NCBI GenBank assembly: GCA_963663405.2
Contig: CAXXSM010000160.1
Coordinates: 11,866 to 75,865 of the forward strand
DNA: 64,000 nucleotides
Direction: 5' to 3'
DNA from: a bacterium
GTDB taxonomy: Bacteria > Hinthialibacterota > Hinthialibacteria > Hinthialibacterales > Hinthialibacteraceae
Part shown: positions 46,554-55,519 of the stretch, piece by piece
Numbering within the stretch: the first letter of the stretch is position 1
How the letters are laid out: the number at the start of each line of letters is the position of its first letter
Translations under genes and position numbers: made by a program
Notes under the pieces: generated by a model
What the model was told of the DNA's origin: nothing
Databases searched by the model: none
The model's input: only the letters and a program-made list of their open reading frames with translations

Positions 46554-47624
46554 TTATTCCTGGTTTTTAAGGCACGCCATACAGATTCGAATTTGATCGT
46601 ATGGAACCGTGCCGTTGAGGGCTTCGAAGACCGGTTTCATTCGGTCTGTATCCTGTTCCCGTACGATGGCCGCCACCCGCTGAAATGTTTCCCGATCGAC
46701 CCAAGGTTCCGGTTCATCAATATTTTCCCGATTGATAAATTCGACTAAATACTGAAGTGTCGTCGAACCAGCCCGGTCGATGATTTTTTGCACTTCTTCA
46801 ATCGCCGTTCCCTTCGCAAAGAATTCGAAGGCTGTCTGACGGGCTTGGATTTGTGGTTTCTTTTTTACTGGTCTGGTTTTCTGGATTTCATCCGCAATGG
46901 ATTTCACATCCATTTCGATGGAATGTTCAAGGCAGTATTTCTCGATCGCGGTGAGGAACAACGAGCCATAGGCGCGGCATTTGGCTTCTCCCACCCCACT
47001 GACATTCAGGAATTCTTCTTCCGTTGATGGGCGTTTCCGGGCCATGTCACGCAGCGCGGCGTCGCTGAATACAATAAACGCCGCGACATTCTTCTCGTTA
47101 GCGGTCTCCCGCCGAAGCGCCCGCAGTTCTTCAAACAATCCCCGGTCAACGCCTTCCCATGAGCCTTTCGGCGTTACCGTTTTCTTTATGGGTGTTTGGC
47201 TAGTTTGGAGCAAACGCGGCGTTTCTTTTCCCTGCAGAACGCGCCATCCCCGGTCTGTTACCTGCAGCACGTTATATTCACCCGTCTTCTGCGCGTAATC
47301 CTGGGCCGTCAATTGCTCGATCCAATCCCGGACATTGGTTTTCGAAAATTCGCTCAATATTCCATACGTGCTCAATTGATCGTGCCGGTTTTCTAAAATC
47401 CGCTTCTCTTGGGAACCAATCAGGACCAACGATGTGTATTCCGCGCCATAATTTTCCCCTAGCCGTTTAACGCAGGAAAGAATCTTCTGCGCGATGACCA
47501 GCGAATCGTCCCGCGTGTCCAGATCTCCCGCGCATACATCGCACGCGCCGCAATTTTCGTCCGCCAATGATTGCCCAAAATAGTTGAGAATCATCTGCCG
47601 CCGACAGTATTTACCCCCGTACAA
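46554..47624 (-). CDS. recQ: RecQ helicase, C-terminal part (Zn-binding, RQC, HRDC, HTH)
   Basis: CRRQMILNYFG..NCGACDVC, AQKILSCV, LFEELRALRR..A...FIVFSDAAL..M and GVGEAK. Confidence 0.9.
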   Translation of the reverse strand: MYGGKYCRRQMILNYFGQSLADENCGACDVCAGDLDTRDDSLVIAQKILSCVKRLGENYGAEYTSLVLIGSQEKRILENRHDQLSTYGILSEFSKTNVRDWIEQLTAQDYAQKTGEYNVLQVTDRGWRVLQGKETPRLLQTSQTPIKKTVTPKGSWEGVDRGLFEELRALRRETANEKNVAAFIVFSDAALRDMARKRPSTEEEFLNVSGVGEAKCRAYGSLFLTAIEKYCLEHSIEMDVKSIADEIQKTRPVKKKPQIQARQTAFEFFAKGTAIEEVQKIIDRAGSTTLQYLVEFINRENIDEPEPWVDRETFQRVAAIVREQDTDRMKPVFEALNGTVPYDQIRICMACLKNQE

Positions 47625-48709
47625 TAGTTATACATTTCATTCAACTTGTTCAGCGCGGCGCGCATCGCTTCCGGCTCCAGTCCCCGGAGCAATGATTTCC
47701 AAACGCCGTAATCACCGCCGGAATAGATAAGCGTACATTCGGCTTCGAGACCATCCCGGCCCGCCCGGCCGCTTTCTTGTTGGTAGTGTTCCAGCGATTT
47801 GGGCATGCCGGTATGGATCACGTATCGCACGTTCGATTTATCGACTCCCATGCCAAACGCGACCGTGGCGACCATGATATCGGCTTTTTCTTGGAAGAAT
47901 GTTTCTTGATTTTTCTTCCGGTCTGCGTCATTCATCCCCGCATGATAGGGCAGCGCGTTATAGCCCCGTTGCGACAACTCCGCGCAGAGCGAGTCCACGT
48001 CGTTCCGGCGGATACAATAGATTATACCTGACTCGTTCTTGTGCCGGTCAAGAATTCCACAGACTTGATTGATGAGATCTGTCCGCCGTTCCGTTTGATA
48101 AAACAGATTCGGTCGATCGAACGAGCCGGTGATGATTTTTGGATTCTCCAAACGCAGTTGTTTGGCGATATCGTTGCGCACGGGCTGAGTCGCGGTGGCA
48201 GTGTAGGCGTGGATCGCGATCCCAGGGATCGCTTCTTTTAATTGGCCCAGCTGGCGGTATTCGGGTCGGAAATCATGTCCCCACATACTGACGCAGTGCG
48301 CTTCATCAATGGCGATAAAAGCCAGGTCGATTTGTTTGAGAAAATCGATAAATCCTTTCGAAAACAATCGTTCGGGTGAAAGGTATAACAGAGAAATCTC
48401 TCCATTCAGGATTTGATCATAGAGGTATTTTCGATCTATGTAAGACTGTTCGCTGTCGATCCGCGCCGCCGCAACGCCGCATTCCTTCAGCGAATCCACT
48501 TGATCCTTCATCAAAGAAATCAGGGGGGAAACGACGAGACCGGTTCCCTTCATCGCCAGCGCCGGCGCTTGAAAACAGAGAGATTTTCCACCCCCTGTCG
48601 GCAGAACCACAATCGATTCCCGCCCCTCGAGGACGCACTCCATCGCCTCTTTTTGAAAAGGACGGAATTGAGTATACCCCCAGTATTGTTCTAACACACG
48701 CTCAATCAT
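47591..48709 (-). CDS. recQ: RecQ helicase, N-terminal part (frameshift at the G5 run near 47615)
   Basis: PTGGGKSLCFQ, SPLISLMKDQV, DEAHCVSMWGHDFRPEY, TATAT, ATVAFGMGVDK and QESGRAGRDG. Confidence 0.93.
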   Translation of the reverse strand: MIERVLEQYWGYTQFRPFQKEAMECVLEGRESIVVLPTGGGKSLCFQAPALAMKGTGLVVSPLISLMKDQVDSLKECGVAAARIDSEQSYIDRKYLYDQILNGEISLLYLSPERLFSKGFIDFLKQIDLAFIAIDEAHCVSMWGHDFRPEYRQLGQLKEAIPGIAIHAYTATATQPVRNDIAKQLRLENPKIITGSFDRPNLFYQTERRTDLINQVCGILDRHKNESGIIYCIRRNDVDSLCAELSQRGYNALPYHAGMNDADRKKNQETFFQEKADIMVATVAFGMGVDKSNVRYVIHTGMPKSLEHYQQESGRAGRDGLEAECTLIYSGGDYGVWKSLLRGLEPEAMRAALNKLNEMYNYCTGVNTVGGR

Positions 48710-48999
48710 GATGATTATGACGATAGGAATCGGCTTGCGATTCAACTCGATCCAAGTTCACTTCAAATATTATTAAAAGTATAGGCAGGACCGTGGCGGG
48801 TGACCAGACGAAGAGAAATAGGAGCGTAAAAAAAACAACGTGGAAGCTATGATGAAATATGAATTCTCCACCTTATCAAAAAATGGGTGTTGGAACTATG
48901 CTGAAAACAACGATGCAGTTATTCTAAATTTGATCTCACTAAGTAAAAATCATGTGGCTTTGATCGACATGGATAAGCCATTTATTGAGGAGAAATGTA

Positions 49000-50544
49000 A
49001 TGTTGACAAAACGCCGTTTTCAAATCGCTCTCACTGCGTTGTTCGCCTGTTGGCTATCAATGATAACGACTTGGACACTGGGCGCGGAACCGGAGGAAGA
49101 AAGCGCCTCCATCGCGCAATGGATCTGGCCGGATTTAAACGATCCGGCGCCGAAGAACCGGTTCACCTATTTCCGTAAAGTTGTGGATCTGGAAGAACAG
49201 CCTTCAGCGCATGAACTTTATTTCGCCGCCGATAGCAACGCGCGGCTCTGGATCAATGGAAATCTCGTCCGCCGGAAAGTGGCGCGGTATCACGAAGAAC
49301 AGATCACCGCCGAGGTTATCAACGCCGCCCCGTATTTACGAATAGGAAAAAACGTTGTCGTGGTTCTACATCATAATTGGGGAGACATCACAACGTTTCA
49401 ACGCACCGGCAACCAACACGCCGGCCTTTATATCAATAGCGAATGGCTCGTGAGTGACTCCACATGGCGCTGTGTGACGGCGCCCGAATTTCTTGCGCAC
49501 GAGAAACAGATCGTCGGCGTGATCGGACATGCCCGCATCCGCTATCCCATCATCCTGGATGGAAGAAACGTCCTAGCGGGAGATATCCACGATCCCACTT
49601 TTGACGACGGCTCCTGGGAACAGGCGGTAATCGTTCCAGATGGTCCCTGGCCGGAGAAACCGGACGCGGTCGAGACTCCAGGACAGCGAGAATATCCTGT
49701 CATCCCGCTGAGTGTGTTAGCCGCCGGACAAGTTGAGTCTGATAAGCCGCTCTCGGATGATCCTCTTTCCATAGCGGCGCGAATACGAACCTCCAAATGC
49801 GTTCCGGATGAGACGTCTACGAACCAAGCCGGTCAAGTGTTAGTGGGCCATTCAACCATCATTTCGGGCCACGCTGGTGAGACTCGTTATCTCACCTTTG
49901 ATTTCGGCGCGCCCACACATGGGTATCCTTTCTTCGAACTGGATGACGCGTCCGAAGGGGTGATGATCGATTTGGGTTATTGTGAAATCGCCCGGTCTTT
50001 GTACAGCGGAGAGGAGCATGTGAAACCTTCCGGCTGGATCAATGCCGAAGGCGTTGTTGGGCCAGGATACGCCGACCGGTACATCACCCGGTCCGGCGCG
50101 CAATCGGCTGAAATGCCAGATGAACGCACCGCCCGTTGGCTTACGCTGCATATTCATTTTGAAAATGACGGCGAAATCGAACTGCGCCGGGTGGGGATTG
50201 TGAAATCGCAGTACCCCATCAAGCCCATCGGCAGTTTCGATTGTGGCGATGAGCGGATGAATCAGATCGTCAAACTCTGTCTGATCCACGCCGAGGTCAC
50301 GATGACCGACGCGTATGTCGATACGCCTGGCCGTGAAGACGGTCAATGGATCGAAGATGACCGCCCCCCGCGCGCAGATCGCCGCGTCGTGGTTCGGCGA
50401 TTATCAACTGCGCCGGTTCCTAATCCGCACGCACGCCCAGGGGCAGGGCGAAGACGGGAACCTGCATCCCTTCTCTCCCAGCAACTATCCTGCCTATCCC
50501 GCGACCTTCGATTGGAGCGTCCAGTGGATCGCCTGTCTCTATGA
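49000..50544 (+). CDS. Secreted alpha-L-rhamnosidase-like (GH78) protein, N-terminal part
   Basis: GAGGAG RBS, signal peptide, AQWIW, YFRK, ADS...WING, TFDFG, GSFDCGDE.MNQI and DTPGREDGQWIED; breaks at the C6 run 50364-50369. Confidence 0.8.
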   Translation: MLTKRRFQIALTALFACWLSMITTWTLGAEPEEESASIAQWIWPDLNDPAPKNRFTYFRKVVDLEEQPSAHELYFAADSNARLWINGNLVRRKVARYHEEQITAEVINAAPYLRIGKNVVVVLHHNWGDITTFQRTGNQHAGLYINSEWLVSDSTWRCVTAPEFLAHEKQIVGVIGHARIRYPIILDGRNVLAGDIHDPTFDDGSWEQAVIVPDGPWPEKPDAVETPGQREYPVIPLSVLAAGQVESDKPLSDDPLSIAARIRTSKCVPDETSTNQAGQVLVGHSTIISGHAGETRYLTFDFGAPTHGYPFFELDDASEGVMIDLGYCEIARSLYSGEEHVKPSGWINAEGVVGPGYADRYITRSGAQSAEMPDERTARWLTLHIHFENDGEIELRRVGIVKSQYPIKPIGSFDCGDERMNQIVKLCLIHAEVTMTDAYVDTPGREDGQWIEDDRPPRADRRVVVRRLSTAPVPNPHARPGAGRRREPASLLSQQLSCLSRDLRLERPVDRLSL

Positions 50545-51652
50545 TGATTACATGTGGACGGGAGAGACGGATCTGCTCGAACGCTATTGGGGCAATATCT
50601 GCTTGTATTGGGATCGCGTTCTCTCCCATGTCAACGATGAGGGGCTCTGGACAACCAATCAGGTATTGGCCGATATTCGTGTAGGCCTGCATCCTGAGAA
50701 CGGGAAACAATCGAGCGGGATCGTCACGCCGTGGATCATCGAACGGCTCCATTGGAGCGCGGATATGGCTTCCGCCATAGGCCGGAGTGAGAAAGCGAAA
50801 GCCTGGAAAAAGACCGCCGCCACGATGGAACAGGCGTTCCGGAAATTCCATATTGTTCCCGCCAGCGACACCATTCCCGCGCATGTGGGAGACCGCTTCG
50901 ATCCAACGAATCCAAAATTGAGCCGCGGCTACAGCCAGGCGGGGCAGACGATCGCGATCACAACCGGTCTGATGAGCGGCCCGGACGCGCGCAAGAATAT
51001 CAACTACGCGTTTCCCGCGCCCGATGGAACGCCCCCGGAAGGTGTCACGCGCTGGAATAATCCCACGTATGGATACCGGGTGCTGCGGGCGCTTTCCACG
51101 CTGGGCTTTACCGAACGCGCCGCCGCGCATTGCATTGAACGCTATTCCCCCTACCTGCCCGGCAATCCCCGTAATCCGGTTCCTTTGATCCTGCAGGGCC
51201 CCTACGGCGGTCCGCTGCCGGAATATTGGGTCTCCCGCGAAGACCTGAATCTAAAACCCGGTCAAAAGAATCCTGCTCAGCCCCATGACGAAACCGGCTC
51301 CCACGGCTGGCAGTCGGTTCCCTTGCTCTGGCTGCATGATACGCTGCTCGGAGTCAAGATTATCGAACCAGGCGGAGGCCGCATCCGCATCACCCCCGAT
51401 GACGCCGGATTCCCCTATGTTGCCGGACATGTCTTAACACCGAAAGGCCTTGTCTGGGTGGACTGGGACGCGCAGACATTCACCCTGGAAATCGAAATTC
51501 CTGACGATGTCATCACCGAAGTCCTCATGCCCAAAGCCTGCCGTGGAAAACCACTTCAAATCATTGAAAAAGCGGGGAAAGTGAATACGCTTCCTCCTGG
51601 ATTCAATTATGCTATTTATGAAGGTGGAAAGTATGTGTTTGGGGTGCGGTAA
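50315..51652 (+). CDS. GH78-like protein, C-terminal (alpha/alpha)6 catalytic part
   Basis: Continues in frame after removing one C (DDRPRAQI); DYMWTG, PEYW, SHGW...P, LLGVK..PG and TPKG.V.V.W. Confidence 0.8.
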   Translation: MSIRLAVKTVNGSKMTAPRAQIAASWFGDYQLRRFLIRTHAQGQGEDGNLHPFSPSNYPAYPATFDWSVQWIACLYDDYMWTGETDLLERYWGNICLYWDRVLSHVNDEGLWTTNQVLADIRVGLHPENGKQSSGIVTPWIIERLHWSADMASAIGRSEKAKAWKKTAATMEQAFRKFHIVPASDTIPAHVGDRFDPTNPKLSRGYSQAGQTIAITTGLMSGPDARKNINYAFPAPDGTPPEGVTRWNNPTYGYRVLRALSTLGFTERAAAHCIERYSPYLPGNPRNPVPLILQGPYGGPLPEYWVSREDLNLKPGQKNPAQPHDETGSHGWQSVPLLWLHDTLLGVKIIEPGGGRIRITPDDAGFPYVAGHVLTPKGLVWVDWDAQTFTLEIEIPDDVITEVLMPKACRGKPLQIIEKAGKVNTLPPGFNYAIYEGGKYVFGVR

Positions 51653-51721
51653 ATACGGATGGTGTTTTTTTATACCGTGTAGATGATATTCGTATAGAAT
51701 AACACCGAATGGATAGAAACG

Positions 51722-52288
51722 ATGCCCGTACAGGAAGAAACAAATCTCTATACGTACCAAGATTATCTATCCTGGCCCGATGAAGAACGTTGTGAACTGA
51801 TCGGCGGGCGCGTTTATAGCATGACACCTGCGCCCAATACCAAGCATCAACGAATCGCCCTTCGTTTAGGCTCTTATCTTGAACGCGCTTTTCGCGATAA
51901 ACCTTGCGAGCCGTGGATGGCTCCGACGGACGTGATTCTCTCGGATTGTGATATTGTGCAACCGGATTTGTTTGTCATTTGTAATCCCGAGAAAGTAAAG
52001 GATAGAGGAATAGAAGGCGCGCCGGATCTTGTAATCGAAATTCTCAGCCCCGCCACTGCCCGCAAAGACCGGTGGGAAAAGAAAAAACTCTATGAAAAAG
52101 CGGGGGTGAAAGAATATATTTTAATCGATCCCGATGGCGCCTACGCGGAACGCTATCTCCTAGATCAAGATGGTTTATTCGATAAAGGGGAGATGTTTGA
52201 TAAACAAGAGACGATTAACCTGCGCTCCATCAATGAGATCGATATTCCGCTAGTGGTGATTTTTGGAATTGAGAAGCAGAATGGTTAA
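51722..52288 (+). CDS. Uma2 family endonuclease (DUF820)
   Basis: YTYQDY, ELIGG, PAP..HQ, VQPDL, GAPDLVIEILSP and K..LYEKAGVKEY. Confidence 0.93.
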   Translation: MPVQEETNLYTYQDYLSWPDEERCELIGGRVYSMTPAPNTKHQRIALRLGSYLERAFRDKPCEPWMAPTDVILSDCDIVQPDLFVICNPEKVKDRGIEGAPDLVIEILSPATARKDRWEKKKLYEKAGVKEYILIDPDGAYAERYLLDQDGLFDKGEMFDKQETINLRSINEIDIPLVVIFGIEKQNG

Positions 52289-52336
52289 AAATAGGTGGTA
52301 AAGTAATGTCTTTTATCTGACAGTGATGGATATCAA

Positions 52337-52534
52337 TTAAATATTCAATTCTCTTCTTGCTTCAGACAAACTCATTCCCCTACTATCTTTTTCCTTTGAT
52401 TTTGCTTCGCGTAAATCTTTCAAATCTTCAAAATCCATAAGCGCATCCTGAATTTCTAAGAATTCCTCGTAGGGGATTACGACAAATTCTTTTTTGCCGT
52501 CTTTTTCCAGTATTTGGGGATGTATAGGAATCAT
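52337..52534 (-). CDS. Small Phd/YefM-like antitoxin, apparently orphan
   Basis: IHPQILEKDGKKEFVVIPYEEF...EDLKDLREAK...SLSEA..L pattern typical of antitoxins that precede RelE/ParE toxins. Confidence 0.7.
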   Translation of the reverse strand: MIPIHPQILEKDGKKEFVVIPYEEFLEIQDALMDFEDLKDLREAKSKEKDSRGMSLSEARRELNI

Positions 52535-52576
52535 CGTATGTTCTGCTTTGCGGGATAAATGATAAATTCTATGAAC

Positions 52577-53845
52577 TCAATCCAAAACCTGATGCCGCAG
52601 AAGATCCTCATATGTCTCCCGTTCCCGGATCAGACGATGTTCGCTTCCATTAACAAGAACTTCGGCGGGGCGGACGCGGCCGTTGTAGTAGGAGGCCATG
52701 GCGAAGCCGTAGGCGCCGGCTGAACCGATCGCTAGGAGATCGCCCGCTTTGCAGGGTGGCAGCAGGCGTTTTTTTCCGAACACATCGCTGCTTTCGCAGA
52801 TTGGGCCGACGATATCAACCGGTTCTTGTTTGTCATCGGAGAGGGTAACGGGATCGATGCGGTGATACGCGTTGTAAATCGCTGGACGGGCCAAGTCGTT
52901 CATTCCCGCGTCGACAACGGCGAAGGAGTGTTCATCATTCTGCTTGACATAGGTCACTTTGCAGAGAAGAATCCCGGCGTTTCCGATGATGGAACGTCCC
53001 GGTTCCGCGACGAGAGTGAGCGGCGCCGAACCAACCATCTCTTTTACTTTCGCCGCGAAGGCTTCCGGCGTGTCGGGGGATTCTTGATCGTAGCGGATTC
53101 CCAATCCTCCACCAATGTCCAAATGCGTGATCGCAATCCCATTTCCTTTAAGGATCTCATAGAGCGCCAACAGCCGTTCAAGAGTATGCAACAGCGGTGT
53201 GGTATCCGCCAGCGAGGAGCCGATATGGGCCGCGATACCCCGCACGGTGAGGTTTGGCAGTCCGGCGGCTTCTTCATAGAGTGGCTCCGCCTGTTCCCAG
53301 GGTACGCCGAATTTGTTGTTTTTGAGGCCCGTTGTAATTTTTGGATGGGTTTTCGGGTCGATGTTGGGATTCACGCGGATCGCGATGGGCGCGGTTTTGC
53401 CCATCGATTTTGCGATTTCTGAAATCGCGCGCAGCTCCGCCGCCGATTCGACATTCAACATTAGTATACCTGTGTCGATCGCCTGTCGGATTTCCATTTC
53501 ACTTTTGCCTACGCCGGAGAAAATCATCCGGTTCGCCGGGATGCCGCCTTTTTCCGCTAGAAACATCTCACCACCGGAGGTTAAATCGGCACCCGCGCCC
53601 TGCCGGGCGAGCAGGTTCAAAAGAGCAATGTTTCCATTCGCCTTGACGGCGAAGGCGATCAGGTGAGGGATTCCATCGAGCCCTTTTTCGTAACCTTGAT
53701 ACGCGTCGAGTATGGATCGCTGAGAATAAATGTACGTGGGGGTTCCGTAAGTTTCCGCGAGGGTCTTCAAATCCACGCCATCGGCGTATAGCGAACCATC
53801 CCGGTATGGGAAATACCGGGAAATACAAGTGTCCGTCTCTGTCAT
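52577..53845 (-). CDS. lysA: Diaminopimelate decarboxylase
   Basis: YGTPTYIYS, FAVKAN (PLP Lys), RVNP, HIGS, DIGGGLG, EPGRSI, GPICESSD and GAYG..MAS.YN.R. Confidence 0.97.
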   Translation of the reverse strand: MTETDTCISRYFPYRDGSLYADGVDLKTLAETYGTPTYIYSQRSILDAYQGYEKGLDGIPHLIAFAVKANGNIALLNLLARQGAGADLTSGGEMFLAEKGGIPANRMIFSGVGKSEMEIRQAIDTGILMLNVESAAELRAISEIAKSMGKTAPIAIRVNPNIDPKTHPKITTGLKNNKFGVPWEQAEPLYEEAAGLPNLTVRGIAAHIGSSLADTTPLLHTLERLLALYEILKGNGIAITHLDIGGGLGIRYDQESPDTPEAFAAKVKEMVGSAPLTLVAEPGRSIIGNAGILLCKVTYVKQNDEHSFAVVDAGMNDLARPAIYNAYHRIDPVTLSDDKQEPVDIVGPICESSDVFGKKRLLPPCKAGDLLAIGSAGAYGFAMASYYNGRVRPAEVLVNGSEHRLIRERETYEDLLRHQVLD

Positions 53846-53850
53846 TCAGA

Positions 53851-55107
53851 TTATCCTTCCTCTTTGATATCAAAATCGGTGAGGTCATTGCCTTGCAGGA
53901 CGCGCTGGATCCGTTTCAATCGCGTTTTATTTTTCTGCGCGCTCATCATATTGGCGGCTTTGGCGAGAGCGGATCCTTCTTTCATGTTGCAATGAAAGAT
54001 CAAATCGTCGTTGAGGGGCAAACCCAATTTTACTTTGAAATTCAGATAATGGTTTAATATTTTAGCCCGTTCCAGCGAGATATACGAGCGCTCCATGTTG
54101 CCGCTGACCCCATCAGAGGCGAAGCAGGATTTGATATAGCGGCTGAACGCATTGTGTCCCTTGGCGTATTCATAAATCTGCATCGCGAAGGATGAGGGCA
54201 GAAGCGTTATGAATTGCCCCAATTGATCCTTGAACAGAATCATGCGCTCCAAAGCGTTTTCTTTGGTCCAGCCTTCGTAGAAAAATGTGGCGATTTGATC
54301 GGTGACGATCAACGCGTTTGGATTTTCGACGCTGGGATCGTGTTTCAAATTCACGATCCGGGCGCGTTCGAAATAGTCCGCCAGTTCATAGATCAAATCA
54401 AAGAGGATGCACAATCCTTCCCGCAGTGTCCACATTAACATCCGGTAGCGCTCAATCCCCATGTCAAACCAGGTGTCGCACATGGAGTAGACGGTTTGCA
54501 TATACGTGTCCCAGCGAGGCGTGTCATTCTTTCGCAGGATGATTTTGGCCATATCGACCAACCGCCGCAGCCGTTTCAACTTCCACAGCGCCTCGCGGGT
54601 ATTCACATCCCGGTCTGATTCCCAGACGACGAAATCGCGTAGAAAACCGCTGGTCAAAAGGTCAAGCACACGCGCGATATGGAAGAACCGCACTTCTCCA
54701 GTCGAGGGCGTTTGAATATTGATCTTTTTCCCCATCACCCATTGCGGCTGCATTAAACAGTCAAACTTGGGGATGTTTTCCAACATCTTTTGATCGAGGG
54801 ACAACAGATTCTCATCTACAACATTGCGGGTGCCGATCGTTCGCAGCACTTCTTCAAATTTCAAGTTTTTATCATCACAGGTTTCCGCGTTGTAGACGAC
54901 GATCAATTTAATTTGCGAGATCGAGCGTCCAAATGATATTTCATCCATATAAATAGAGAGAAGTCCGGCCAGACGCTTCGCTTCGTGGACCATATCTTCC
55001 AGCAGATTCTTATACCGGTCCTCGCTAATACGCACCGGTTCGCTGGAAAAAGCGTAATCCTTCTCTCCTAAACGGCCAATAATTTCCGCACAGGTTGTCT
55101 GATCCAT
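53851..55107 (-). CDS. Hypothetical cytoplasmic protein (418 aa), co-transcribed with lysA
   Basis: Long ORF ending 5 nt before lysA, with the lysA RBS inside its 3' end; no confidently recognised family. Confidence 0.75.
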   Translation of the reverse strand: MDQTTCAEIIGRLGEKDYAFSSEPVRISEDRYKNLLEDMVHEAKRLAGLLSIYMDEISFGRSISQIKLIVVYNAETCDDKNLKFEEVLRTIGTRNVVDENLLSLDQKMLENIPKFDCLMQPQWVMGKKINIQTPSTGEVRFFHIARVLDLLTSGFLRDFVVWESDRDVNTREALWKLKRLRRLVDMAKIILRKNDTPRWDTYMQTVYSMCDTWFDMGIERYRMLMWTLREGLCILFDLIYELADYFERARIVNLKHDPSVENPNALIVTDQIATFFYEGWTKENALERMILFKDQLGQFITLLPSSFAMQIYEYAKGHNAFSRYIKSCFASDGVSGNMERSYISLERAKILNHYLNFKVKLGLPLNDDLIFHCNMKEGSALAKAANMMSAQKNKTRLKRIQRVLQGNDLTDFDIKEEG

Positions 55108-55519
55108 TGTTTAGAGTGATGTGATCCTAAATATAATGTAATGAATTAGAAAGACAAATCGGCCAACAAACCGATACCCGAATTATAGACTCCTATCTTC
55201 ATGTGTGAAAGATAGAAGTCGGTATTAACCATTTTGTTCTACTATAAACCATCATGATTAAGATCACAACCGCAGATGAAAGTGAGTCGCGGTAGAAATC
55301 ACAAATGAGAAAACCTTAGATACTCATTTTCATATAAAAGACCAGAAATTGATCGTTCTGTCAAGAATGATTGAAAAATTCGATGGAAAAATCACCGTTT
55401 TACTGAAAGAACAATTCTTTGGTGTATTGTAAAATACTTGTGTTTCAGGGAAGGTTCCGCTTGATTCTACGCGGTATTCTGAAAAAATATGAGTGAAACC
55501 GAACTTAATTTGGAGTGAG

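Noticed and set aside
48840-49178. 112-aa ORF overlapping the GH78 start
   Set aside because: Overlaps the better-supported signal-peptide frame that has a strong RBS; no motif.
51722-52288. Uma2 nuclease as part of an anti-phage defence system
   Set aside because: Solitary member of a commonly expanded family, with no methylase, ATPase or other defence genes adjacent.
55165-55230. Imperfect hairpin (GACTCCTATCTT...AAGATAGAAGTC) as a riboswitch, such as a lysine riboswitch upstream of the lysA operon
   Set aside because: I could not find the conserved lysine riboswitch elements or a terminator U-tract; a single hairpin is insufficient.
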